A DNA stretch of 63,967 bases, counting the filler, from Bigelowiella natans CCMP2755 (taxonomy: Eukaryota; Protista; Cercozoa): the NCBI GenBank assembly GCA_000320545.1. It is 4 parts of 4 records of this genome, joined end to end, with 100 filler letters (N's around TTAATTAATTAA, not from the genome) between each part and the next. Parts side by side here need not be neighbours in the genome. Positions count along the whole stretch, not along the records: positions 19,826 to 41,159 come from ADNK01002232.1; 3 more parts are not named here. One strand, given 5' to 3'. The notes below the pieces were generated by a model, which searched no databases, was not told where the DNA came from, and was given only the letters and a program-made list of their open reading frames with translations. The translations under genes and the position numbers were made by a program. Each line of letters starts with the position of its first letter. Within the stretch, counting starts at the first letter, position 1. Positions 20,110 to 32,452 of the stretch are shown here, one piece after another.

Positions 20110-20362
20110 AAAGCTTATTTATTTATTTTTATTGATTGATTTATCCCCGAATCTGCCTCCATTGCACTGTGGTGTTTGCGTTGGGTAGGAACTATCACGG
20201 AAGCCAATATTAGAGGCCTGCCGATCATGCTCTCTTCGTACCTTCCTGGGCAGGAAAGGGGAAACGTTGATTTTGTTCTCAAGGTTTTTTTTTGTTTGTT
20301 AAGGAGAATCACACGCGCACTCATAATATTATCTATTGAATATATATATATATATATATATA

Positions 20363-20400
<38 letters not shown>

Positions 20401-20838
20401 ATTCAGGGCGGTTTCGGGTCGTTCAGTAAGAATCCTGAAGTGATCGCAAAGACTGTTAGTGGGTGGCTGCAAGATGAAGAGTCTCTAGAGAAGATGTCGG
20501 ACCTATCCTCAAAGCAGGGGTACAATAAACATGTGTTTAGCTTTTCCGTATCTTGATGGAAACATTTAACTGCGTTTTCGAAGAAACAACGCCAGAGGTT
20601 AGCGCTCCGCGACACAGCATATTGGATTCATTATATAGAAATACATCGGCGTTGTTGTTCTTCCCACACACATGCTGACAAAGCTCTGCAACACCACAGA
20701 AACCCGAAAGCTACGTTCCAAATCGCGCAAGAAATCCTGGATATGATGCCTTCTTCCCCGTCATCGTCGTCAGCGTCGTTACCAGCAGCAGCAGCAGTAT
20801 CATCTTCATCAACCAAAATCCCTCAAGCCACGGCTTGA
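19923..20838 (+). CDS. MGD: Monogalactosyldiacylglycerol synthase (GT28), 3' part only
   Basis: GFTDKMSEFMAASDCIVTKAGPG / TITEANIRGLPIMLSSYLPGQERGNVDFVLK / GGFGSFSKNPEVIAKTVSGWL / NPKATFQIAQEI; 5' end cut by the contig edge. Confidence 0.9.
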
Positions 20839-22056
20839 GTGAATCCGTCCTCAGAAGAGGCTGAGCGTCTAATTGTATTCTCTCCCACCGCCCTCTCTCT
20901 CCCCTTCGATTCTGTGTCGCTCGTTCTCTAATTGGGATGAAGCCAATTGCGGGTCGGTCTCTCCTCGCTTCCTCAGGCTGCGGTTAGCAATAAATAACAA
21001 AAGGTGCCTGTGGTTTGTTTTTCTTCGTAGTTTCAATGTGTGTGCGTACACGTCATCGTTCTTGCATGGAATTGAAGGCTGCTCTTAAAGCACATTTATG
21101 CCCGTTTTATCAGAACTTATTAGATCTGACTGTAAAACTAATTGATTTCCACACACTGTACGTCTCATTATCGACGCTATATAACGCTGCTTAGATAGAT
21201 ACCTAGCTTCCCGCAAGCCGCAACGTGTGCTCTGCTACCATGCACTGTACGGCCTGACAAATAATAGCTCTGTTGGCGTATCTAGGTATAGTTACAATGT
21301 AGTCGCGTGTACATGCTGATGCATCTAGAATGGCGTTTAACTAGCTAGCTAGCTAGCAGCTCTAGGGCTATAAATGCATGCGCATGTGCGCGTGCGCCAC
21401 TGCGCATAACCCTGGCTTGCGATGCGTACAGCTAGATTAGCGTGGCTCGTACAGGTGCAGTCATGGCGTGTTGTACGTGTGTGTGTGTGCGAGTGTCTGT
21501 CATGCATGCATGCTTTTAGCATGCAAGCTAGCAAGGTATGTGCATTCCGTATACTCGCGCATATAATGGACACATCATTCGTTTTTGGAATATGCGCTTG
21601 CATGCATGTGCGTGCATGCACAAGCTAGCTGCTAGCAGCTAGCCAGTCTAGCAGTGCTAGAGTGAGTGCAGCGTAGCTAGCTAGCGAGCTAACTTGCTTG
21701 CTTGTTCGATGTGCTGACGGTCGCACACACATGACCTCTAGCTAACCTCTAGCTAGCCAGCTCTAGCTAGACCGGTAAGCCGGGCAAGATGTTACATTTT
21801 GCGCACTCATCATCGCGCATGCTACACGTACAGAGCTAGAGAGCCTTCTAGCCTTGCTAGCTTGCAGCAGTTGCTGTACACACACGCATTGCGCACATTG
21901 GTGTCACAGGATGCTACGACTTACACCTTGTAGCCTCTTCAGATGTTATAAACGACGCTTCGTGGCACACGCTAGTACACTCCATCGCGGCGCTCGGCTT
22001 GTGCTCTCCTCTCATATAGACTCAGCAGCCTAGAGCTAGTCAGCCGTCGCCCCTCT

Positions 22057-23059
22057 CTACGCTTTCGCGTACTTGGAAGCGACCTCGAACACGTCGGCGG
22101 AAAGGCCTCCCTTCTTGTCCAGGATGCGGAGCAGCTGGGCCTTCATCATCGCCTGCCTCTTCTCGTCAAACTTCTTCCACATGGCGAAGGACCCCAGCAG
22201 CCTGGCGGCGATTTGCGGGTTGATCGAGTCAAGCTGGATGATGACGTCGGCCAGGAACTCGTAGCCCTTCCCGTCCTCCCCGTGGAAAATGTGCATGTTG
22301 CCCCCGAAGGCGCCGTACAGGGACCTGACGCGGTTCGGGTTTTTGAGCGTGAAGCCCTCGTGCTTGGAGAGCGCCTTGACGTTCTTCAGGGTGTCTGACG
22401 ACGACGCCGCAGCTTGCAGCATAAACCACTTGTCGATGACCAGAGCGTCTCCGTTGGCGTCCTCGTAAAACGCCTTCAAGGCCGCCTGGCGCTCCTCTGA
22501 CTCGGCGGGGAGATCCACCAGCGCCCCGAGCGCGGAGAGCTTGTCCGTCATGCTGTTGGCCTCCTTGAAGTGCGTGGCCGCGACGGCGCTCGCGTCCTTG
22601 GCCTCCGACGCCATGAGGTATCCGAGGCAGAGATTTCGCATCGCCCTCCTGCCCACTTCCCCCGCGGTGAGCTTGTACTTCTCGCCGGTGCTGAGGGTCT
22701 TGTACTTCGCGCGGAAGATAGATTCCAGGCTCTTTGCGATCGTCTTCTTCACGTGAACGCGAGCCTCGTGCAGGGCCGCTGGGTCGATGGCGTCCTTCAG
22801 GAACCCGGAGAGCGTTGTTTCGCCGGGCAGGATGAGCATGTACGCCTGGAGCTGCTGGTCCTTTGCCTCGGAAGTCAGCACCTGGTTTGATTATGATTAT
22901 TATATTGGAAATCTGAGAGTGAGTGAGTGAGTGAGTGAGAGAGAGAGAGAGAATAAGAGAGGGAGAGGAGAGGGGGAGCAGAGAATTACTGCAGCCGTCC
23001 GATTCAAAGCATAGACGCATTTCTGTATTTGTTTGTGTGGGGCTCCCCAGCATATAGCA

Positions 23060-23109
<50 letters not shown>

Positions 23110-23365
23110 GATATTTAGATAGCAGAGCAGCAACGTTGTCATCCCATGGCGCACAGTTGTGCTTCAATGCAACCGCTAATCTCTATTCTTTACAAATATC
23201 CGGGAGTAGCAAAATAAAAAGTACGCCTCGAAAGAACACCGCCGCTCATCCTTCATCATCTTCTCCGAAAAGATAAATGAGCTCCCCCCTCTTTGCCCAT
23301 CAACGGGCAGGGAGAATCGTGTACGTTTTGGGATGTAACAAGTGATGAGCAGGCCGACTCGTAAT

Positions 23366-23396
<31 letters not shown>

Positions 23397-24160
23397 AACC
23401 TCCTTCGCTGCCTGGACAAAGCTCTCTGGCACCTTGGGGTCCTTCTTCCCGGCCTTGACCTCCTCGTACACGCTCAGCAACACTCGCGTCATCAGCCGCT
23501 GCCCGGCCTCCCAGCGGTTGAAATCGTCGGTATCGAACGCCATGAGGAAGGCCAGCTCCTCGTCGCTCGTCTCCATTTCGAGCTTCACCGGCGCGGAGAA
23601 CCCCCTGAGGACGGAGACGACGGGCTCCTGCGTGACCCCCTTGAACTCGAAGGTCTGCGAGTCTTTGGTCAGCTCGCACAGCGTCGTCGGGACGATCTCC
23701 TTCTTGTCCTTCTTGCCGATCAGCCCAACTTTGATGGGCATGTGGAAGGGCAGCTTCTTCGTCGTGCTGGCCTCGGCGGGGGTGGGGGCGCAGCTCTGCG
23801 TGACCTTGAGCTCGTAGCGCGACTCCCCGGGGACATACGTTCCCTCCACCTTCAACACCGGCGTGCCGGCCTGGGTGTACCACCGCTCGAATTGAGTCAA
23901 GTCGCGCCCGGAGGCGTCCGCCATTGCCTTGCGGAAGTCGTCGCAGGTCACCGCACAGCCGTCGTGGCGCTCGAAGTAGAGGTCCATGCCCTTGCGGAAG
24001 AGCTTCTCGCCGAGGAGGCTGTGGTACATGCGGATGACCTCGGCGCCCTTGTAGTAGACCTAGGTGGTGGTGGAGGTGACGAGGAGGCGGGCCGCAGAAG
24101 GATGCTGTCAGTGCCAAGGAAATACAGGAGAGTCGAAAAGGAGAACGGCGTAGTTCTTAC

Positions 24161-24195
<35 letters not shown>

Positions 24196-27063
24196 AATAT
24201 ATGTGTGTGTGTGTAAATACGCATAAATGATTGTTGGAAATCGTAAATTAGAGCCCGATTTCCCACCCCAACGAGGAGTTTGGTTTGTCGTTGACCTACT
24301 GTGTATACGCTGCTACTGCCACCGCTGCTTACCGTCATCGTGTAGAAGTTGTCCATTGCGATGTAGGATTCGGGTCGAATTGGGTGCGCCATTGGCCCTG
24401 CATCCTCCTGAAACTGTCTTCCTCGTAGCGCCTTCACAGTCTGATGATAATGATGATGATGACGATGATGATGATGATGATGATGATGATAAGAAAGATT
24501 GTCCGGAATAGAGGGAAGGGGAGCGTTGATTAGGAAGGAGAAGACGCAAGTCGTAGGGAGGACGAAGAGGGGAATTGGCGTGAAAAAGAAGAGACGAAAA
24601 CGATGTCGTACTCCCCGACTAGCGGGCAGTTCCGATGCTTCCAGCCCAATAAGGAGACCACCGAAAACGTGCAAGAGTTCTCTTCTATCGTGCGTCTTCG
24701 AGACGGCGCGGCTGCACGTCTGGTTTAAGGCTTTGAGGCGTCGCTCTCACCTGAATTCTCTTGACGGCATGGCTCCACATATCAGCGGAGAACTCCTGGT
24801 CTCGGAACACCTACCGCACGCACATCCGAGTTACTGTCGAGAATAATCGACACGATATCAATAACACGGGCTAGGCCCCAACGACACCGATATGATGGTG
24901 ACACAGCATGCAGGCCTGTGATACGGAAAGTTGGCTATGTCACAGCAGGGCGATAATGCTGAATGAAGCACAGGTTCGCGATGATCCCGGGACGCGCGCA
25001 ACCGCGCTGAGAATACCGATGATGTTTGAGAATATCGATGATGCTTTTCATCTACCGGTGGTGTGTTGTGTTGCTTATCAAATCGGAGAGATAGAAGGGA
25101 CTCTCTTATCATTGTTATCTCATGTTCGCCGAATCGGCCGCAGCAGCAAAAAGAAACCCTACCGTGAGCCCCTCCTTCAGTGTGAGCTGAAACCAGTCGC
25201 GACAAGTCACTCGGTTCCCAGTCCAGTTGTGGAAGTATTCATGCCCGATCACTCTAGTTTTAGGGATTGGTTGTAGTAATGATATTAGTAATAATAATAA
25301 TAATAATAAGGAAAAACAGTATCAGAGTATTAAGTCCGTTCTGTAAAAATACTAATGATAATGATAGAGAAAACGAATACACAGGGAGATGGTAGCGGGA
25401 GAGCTTTAGCCAGCGTCAAGAACTCCGCAGCAGCGGAGAGAGAAAGAAATACACGCGTCAATCACTCGCCATATTGCTCATCACACTCGATCAACATCTC
25501 GGACTTAGTCATTTCATAAGAGGAAATATACGCTTCATCTCTGATAACCCCACGCAACCCCCCCCCCCTCCCCCCCCCCTTAGCCCACTTAGTATCACCC
25601 TTCAATCCTCATGTAGTTCATGTCGGTGGCGGTTTCAGGCTTAGCGAGAGTTAGTGCAGTGTTGAATACGTTGAGGCCCTTGTTCTCCATAGCACCCATG
25701 TTAAAGTCATTGACCGCGACGATATGATATACGTCGAGATCATACTCACGGCCCCATCGCTCTTCGTCCCACTTCATCGACTTCTTCAAAGAAGCCATTG
25801 CGTGATCCAGCGCGTCCACGTTCTCATGCTCAGAGAATACGTTTAGTTTCACCTGCGGCGTGTAAATGACAGGCGCTTTAGCTTTCAGAATTGATTTAGT
25901 TTTGGTCAAAGGCATGCACACTTAAAAGTACTTACACCCCCCCCCACCCCCCATCGAAGAATCCATGAGCGAGTTGCGTCGGATGAGACGCAGGAACCCT
26001 ACATCAATTTTCTATCACCACTGCCACCGCCACAACCAGTCATGAATCACCTCGCGGCCGGACATTGTTTTAAATTCGTCAGAAATCTTCCCCAGGTCTC
26101 CAACCACGACTGCAAAGAGGTAGCTTGGCTTAGGGAATGGGTCCTCGAAGACCGCGTAGTGGCGTCCTTCCTCTTTCGTATCGCCTGAGTCAAGCATGTT
26201 TCCGTTGGAGAGAAGCACAGGCCAGGACTTCTTCGCTTCGACGCGAACACGATATTTAGCCTATGGCGATAATATTAGTTAGTTGAGAAGCCCGATGTAA
26301 GCGGGGAGGGTTGCATCCTCAGACTGTGTTCGAAATAACTGGAAATGGCCGTTGTTCCAATGAGTAGCATGTTCTCATATGTGAGGCAACACAAGCTTGG
26401 AGTTACTACCATAACATCCGGCCGATCAAGATGATAGGTAATGCGCCTGAACCCCTCGGCTTCGCACTGGGTGCAGTAGATTGAGCCAGATTTGTATAAC
26501 CCGCTAAGCTGCGTGTTCTTCTCAGGAACAATCTCCACTTCAGTCTAAGAAGAATATATAAGATCGTGGTTCAAAAGGCGGATCGGAAGCTATCATTTAA
26601 TCATAGAAAGGCAGCATAATGCACTGATTCAGGCAATAGGAAATCTATTCCACACTGGCATGGATTCTTCCTCGGAGAACCCTACCTCGAGAAGGAAGGA
26701 AGCTGGGAGTGCGCTCTTAGCTCCGATCGTCAAGTTCGCCTTATCCGCCGTGTATTCGGAAATATCTTTTCCGTCGATGCAGACTCTCTTCAGGGTCAAA
26801 TCTTCGCCATCGAGCACCATTGGTGCGCCTTCCTTCGTCGCTGGATCTCTTTTAACCGTCAGCTTAGATACGACGATAGTCTTGCCATCGAAGATGCGAA
26901 CGTCAAGATCGATGTTCTTTACCCAGTATGGAGGGGGCGTGTAGTCCTTGCGGAACTTCTCTGTTGGTTTAGCTTCGCTCATGACGGCTGTAAACTGTTT
27001 CCTACGCGCTTGCTTATGTGGACTTTGAAGGGATGCGGGCTGCGAAAACGAAGTGAATCGCAA
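22057..27063 (-). CDS. pepN: Aminopeptidase N (M1 family, bacterial PepN/plant-like), ~10 exons
   Basis: [73 protein letters not shown] (HEXXH..E zinc site, ~25165-25255), C-terminal [16 protein letters not shown]. Confidence 0.95.
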
Positions 27064-27569
27064 TGTGCGGTAGCTTCTCGAGTCTAGATCTTAAAGTTAA
27101 TTCTTACTTTTCAGCAGATCTTGTACACGGTATTATTGCCGAACTCGAAATATACGATGATGTCAGTGTAAAAGTATGAATTTCATATGTCGCATAGGCC
27201 AAAATAAACGATAGATATCGTGCAGAGGAAGGTCACGATTGCAGATTCTATACTGCACGTTTGAAATCCGATGGGCAGGACTCATCTCCGATTTCTGAGA
27301 TGTTTCCCCGATTCACAAAGTATTCCTTTTATCTCAACCTCGCGATTGTGGAGGCATTGCTTCCTTTTGAATGCGATATTTAAAGATTACAAAGTGGATA
27401 TTTCTTCGATAGATTATTATCCATTTAATTTTCACATAAATCTCATCTAATTGTCATATGCGACAAAGGGATCTTCTGGTATTAATTATTTTTAATTTTG
27501 AGTTTCCGAAGCTCCCCACCTCCTCGCTCGCCCGCTCTTTTGAAGCAGCAGGGCTCAACATCGCCATAG

Positions 27570-28032
27570 ATGACATCGTATGGGAATGTCGACTACGTTG
27601 GTGAAGGTAGCCGAAAAGTGTGATGAACTTTATTGAATATTGCGTGTTAACTCCTCTCTTACTCTGTTGGTACTGGGTAATAATGCGCGAATGAACGCAT
27701 CAGGCGAGGCTCCGCCCAGCTCGATTGAAGATGGCACGTATCATAGCAAGGCCTATGTAGACAACCACGTCGCTAGCTTACTACGCGATGCGAACAAGAA
27801 AAGGTGACAGCTTTTCGAAATTCTAGTTAGTTTGCAAGGACGATAATGTACGCAAAATAATTCGCCGCCTATAGCATGTGCGTGGTGCGTACGCAAACAC
27901 TGTCTCATAACCTTAGACTGACACTAGAGGATTTCAAGAAGAAGCGCTCTAAGGTCGTCGCTATTCTCATCCATTGCCAAAGCAAGATGCTTCAGATTGA
28001 TGTGTTTGGATAGTGGATTGACAAAAGATGTC

Positions 28033-28069
<37 letters not shown>

Positions 28070-28110
28070 ATAAAATGTATGTTATTATAATATACACCTA
28101 AAATGTAGGT

Positions 28111-28193
<83 letters not shown>

Positions 28194-29089
28194 TATTCGT
28201 GATATTCGTTTTGCGACAACTGTTTAATAGGAATTCGAAGAGATGTTCGGTAGCGCTGCTGACGAGGAGAAAAAGCGAAAGGAATACAGAAAGATGTTGG
28301 ATGCAGAACGTAAGGATCGGAACCTGAATAACCTGAATAATTGATTAGAAGTATATTGTCGGTGCGTACGGTGTAACTACTTTCGCCTCGTACATGACTA
28401 GAATGTATATAACGCCTGCTCATAATTCCTGAATATCACTAGAATGTATATAACACCTGCTCATAATTACTAAATGTTGCCGTGTCATCAAAGTCAAATT
28501 AAAAAATAGGCAGCAAATAGACAATTTTGCCATTTTCAGAGCTTAACAGTATAGAAATGGGGAATCTCGTGGATTCCGTGTGAATGCATATAATGACGGA
28601 CTTTTGTGTTCCGCCGCAATTTTTTTTAAGTATATGCTTGCTTTTTACAATTTATGATTTACAAAATGAATAACGATGGTCTCATTCTTCCATTTCCCTA
28701 TGTTTCTACTTTCCGTTGTCTTCTCTCCCCCCCTGGCAACCACTTCTAATAGGGGAGGCAAAGTTGTCTGGAAAGAAGGACAAAAAGGACAAAAAAAAGA
28801 GCAAGAAGAAAAAGAAGAAAAAGAAACGGAGAAGAGACGACTCGAGCGATTCGTCCGAGGTAGAATTGGAAATAATAAAATAAAACGAAAGCTCAACGGT
28901 TTCGACAACCCTTAATTTCAAATGCCAGCTTGAAACGATATCAAGAATTGATAAGATGTCTACGATTGCGTTTGTGTATTTGCTTTCTTGATTTATGTGT
29001 TAGGAGAGTAGTAGTGACAGCGGTGAAGCTGCTAAGAAGAAGAAGAAAAAGAAGAAGAAAAAGAAACGGAGAAAGGACGAAGACGAGTA
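27570..29089 (+). CDS. Small Lys-rich protein resembling plant/algal FAM133-like proteins; 5 exons
   Basis: Spliced product MTSYGNVDYVGEAPPSSIEDGTYHSKAYVDNHVASLL..RLTLEDFKKKRSKEFEEMFG..RKEYRKMLDAER..SSSDS..KKKKKKKKRRKDEDE*. It recalls the DGxxH...T(W/L)E(E/D)FKKK...EYR..LDAER pattern, recognised from memory only. Confidence 0.65.
28397..28478. repeat. Two-copy ~41-bp tandem repeat in an intron
   Basis: actagaatgtatataac(g/a)cctgctcataatt(c/a)ct... occurs twice in succession. Confidence 0.85.
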
Positions 29090-30569
29090 ATGCTTGCGTC
29101 TAAAATGCAATATAGACCCGCAACATCAAAATAAACCACTGCCACTTATACACACGCACACACAATAATATTAGAAATCTAGACAACATCTGAATAATTT
29201 ATATTTATAATATAATAAAAACATATTTTTGGTTTGTATGTGTGTGTGTTTGATGCGTCATCAATTCTCATATTCACTGATCAACTTTCGCTAAAACCAC
29301 TGTGCAACGAGTTCCCGTTAAGCACTCACAACGGATGTCCAATTTACAAATTAAGTCCGTATGAGAATGACTTCTTAGCATTATGCGTCCTGGAAACTTT
29401 GTTCTCTCCTCTTTGATTGTTTCACTGACGAGAAGTTATGCTGCTATCCTTTGTCCATACCCATTCAATCAGATCATCCACATCAAAGAAGAAGAAAAAC
29501 TCGTTGAGAATGAGCGACTTTTTCGGTGGCAAACCTCCAAAATCTTCGTTCATGGCTGACTGAACATGCCGGCATCTTCCTAGCTTGGCATGATGGTGAT
29601 TCCTGGTTTTGTGCGGTTCACACTGGCCTGTAGCAAAAATACTCAATGTAACTGCGAGCACAACATGTCACTTCGTTTCGTCTCCAATTATCGGAGATTT
29701 TTGCGCACACTTGCACTGCAATCATTGATCAATAGAAGTTGCAAAAAAAATGCACACTTTGATTTCATCAAATATTTTCCTTGCGCACATCTAGACATGT
29801 ATAAATACGCTGTGCACACTTACTAGCCTACCATTGCGCATGCCATACAAGCATGCTAGCATGTCCAGATCTAGAGATGTGCTATGGTGCGTGCTAGCGT
29901 GGTGCACCCAAATTCATTCATTCATGTCATGCAAGGAATTCAATGATGGAGATGCAAAGAGACAATTTAGCAATTTACACACTACTAGCTAGCTAGCTAG
30001 CTAGCACAAGCAATGCTAATCTACCAAGTCAAACTTGATGAAGGAGCACGTGGCCTTTGCGTACATGACACATCTAGACATCTGTGGCCATGCTAGCATG
30101 CCAGCATGTCATTTTTGTGATCCACGCAACTCTCGCTAGCTAGCACTGCTGGACTGTCAGATGCCAGCATGCTAGCTAGCATGTCTAGATGTGCTAGCTG
30201 CATGCCAGCATGACTGAAGCGTTTGGATGACTTGCTAGACATGTACGTCTGTAGCTAGACGTGCACCATTGCACACAACGTGGCGATGCATCGCCTCATT
30301 GTGCATGCTGGCTAGCTGGTAACAGCATGTCGCTGATCCTCATGCACATTGGCACTCGGCGCATTTGTTGCGCCATGAATCTTCAGATTGCAAGTGCAAC
30401 GATTCTCCTCATCAAAATCACTAGCTCACTCTGTGATCAAGAGATGAAGATTTTTCATTTTTTTTTTCCTAGAGCAACATCATGCACTTAGTCATCGTTG
30501 TTTTCGTTATTTGAGAAAGATTCAATGCTATCATTCATCTTCCTGAAAGAATTCTCTTGACACACTTCG

Positions 30570-32283
30570 CTATTTCGCCATTTCAGTTTTATAATTTGAA
30601 CTGAATTCACTCATCTTTTTCAACCTCATCGCATCGGTCCCATGGTCCTCAATGGATTGCAACCCTCCTCGGACATAGTACTTGAGAATTTCGAACGCAT
30701 CTGGACGGTCCTTGGGAGAAAACATCAAGCACCCCTTGAGCAAATTTGCACATTCTGGTGCTGTGTTTGGAGGTGGTCGGAGTTTAAGTTTTCGTGACAC
30801 AATACCATCAAGAACACGACGCATTGCTTCACGCACGGTCAAATTCTTGGACTTTGACAATCTTTTCCAATCATCGATGTATGGTGTTTTCCCTTTCCAC
30901 AAAATCTCCCATGCCGTAACGCCTGCTGCCCACACGTCGGATTTGCAAGTGAAAGTTCTCTCCAATAGACCTTCGGGGGACACCCAGAACACTGGAAGCT
31001 TCTCATCCGCTTTACCCACATGCTGTCCGCTAGGAGTACGCACCGATAGACCAAAATCGGACAACTTTGGGGTCCAGTCTCCGGCAATGAGTATATTTCT
31101 GCATGCAACGTCTCTGTGTACTATTTTGAAAAGATGTAGATGCATAAGTCCAAGAAACACGCCAGTGATTATTTTCCAGAATCTCTTCGGTTCCAGGAGA
31201 TCAAATGCATCGTGGAGCTGGTTCAAACTCCCCAATTCGCACATCTCAGTGAGAAAACCTAGATTTCCTTTTTTCACATTGAGAGTAATCCCGATGAATC
31301 TCACGATGTTTTGTTGGCCGGCTACCATCATCAAAAACATGGTCTCCTTCTTCGACTCTTCAATGTCTGTATTCTCCTTACCATCTGTCTTCAGAACCTT
31401 CCAGGCTGCCCTGATACCCTCAGCTTCGTCAGACATCAGCATGACACTGTAGGTCACAGCAAAATTTCCTCTTCCGAGTTCTTTCACCTTTTTGATGTTC
31501 GATTCGTCAAAAATGAATCGCTCATCTAAACTCTTAGCATGGGTCGAAGATTGGCTTTGTCGGCAACGATAAACATGTCGAGAGTCCTGTACGCAATTTG
31601 CATATTCGTTGTCGTGTCGAGAGTCCTGTACGCAATTTGCATATTCGTTGTCGTTTAGAACGTATAGGGAATCATACTTTCTGATGGCTGAAGAGCCATA
31701 AATCTGAATTTGTTCATCTTCCTCGCCCTCTCCTTGCACTTCGTAGGCATCTTCGGGAACCCCATTCGAGGGCTTCGACTTGTGTTCTCCTTCAGCCTCA
31801 CTGGCTCCATTGGCTATGTTCAAGATACGGCCTACGATTTCAGTTAAGCTAATAACATCGTTGTTAAGGTCCTTCAGTTTATTCATGGCCACAGTCAGTT
31901 CATTCTTAGTATGGGCTCTAACTGAATCCTCACTAATTTTGAACAAATCTTTGGTGCTGGCAAATAAACTTTTGGCAAGATCCTCAACAGAGACTTGGAT
32001 TTTCCCCAACACCTCCTTCGAGAGCTTGGTCTCCGCCTTAATAGTGCTCGATGCATCCGAATAATTAACGTTGGGGTTGTTTTCGATACTGACAATACAA
32101 CAAATGATGACGAGGATGATGATGATGATGATAAAGTGATTGATTGATGATGATGCCGATATGGTTCGTAGCATATACACACAACAATATATATGTATAT
32201 ATTAATTATGTACATATATATTATGTGTAATGAATAAATTATAAATATATAAAACATTACAAATTTAGACTTTGTCCTGCCTC

Positions 32284-32317
<34 letters not shown>

Positions 32318-32414
32318 AATATATAATAAATATACATCGTTATGAATTGGCATATGCATACTCCTTTATTCTAATATATAAATAAATATGAATTAATATT
32401 AGTATATGTTGATA

Positions 32415-32452
<38 letters not shown>

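Noticed and set aside
29640-30560. Possible terminal inverted repeats around the CTAG island
   Set aside because: Only a ~14-bp imperfect match (cttgcactgcaatc / gattgcaagtgcaa) and no TSD; not enough to call a MITE.
30682-31452. Long antisense ORFs over the kinase exon (also over pepN 22229-24230, kinase 15480-16204 and LINE 55458-55760)
   Set aside because: Shadow frames of real coding exons; no motifs of their own.
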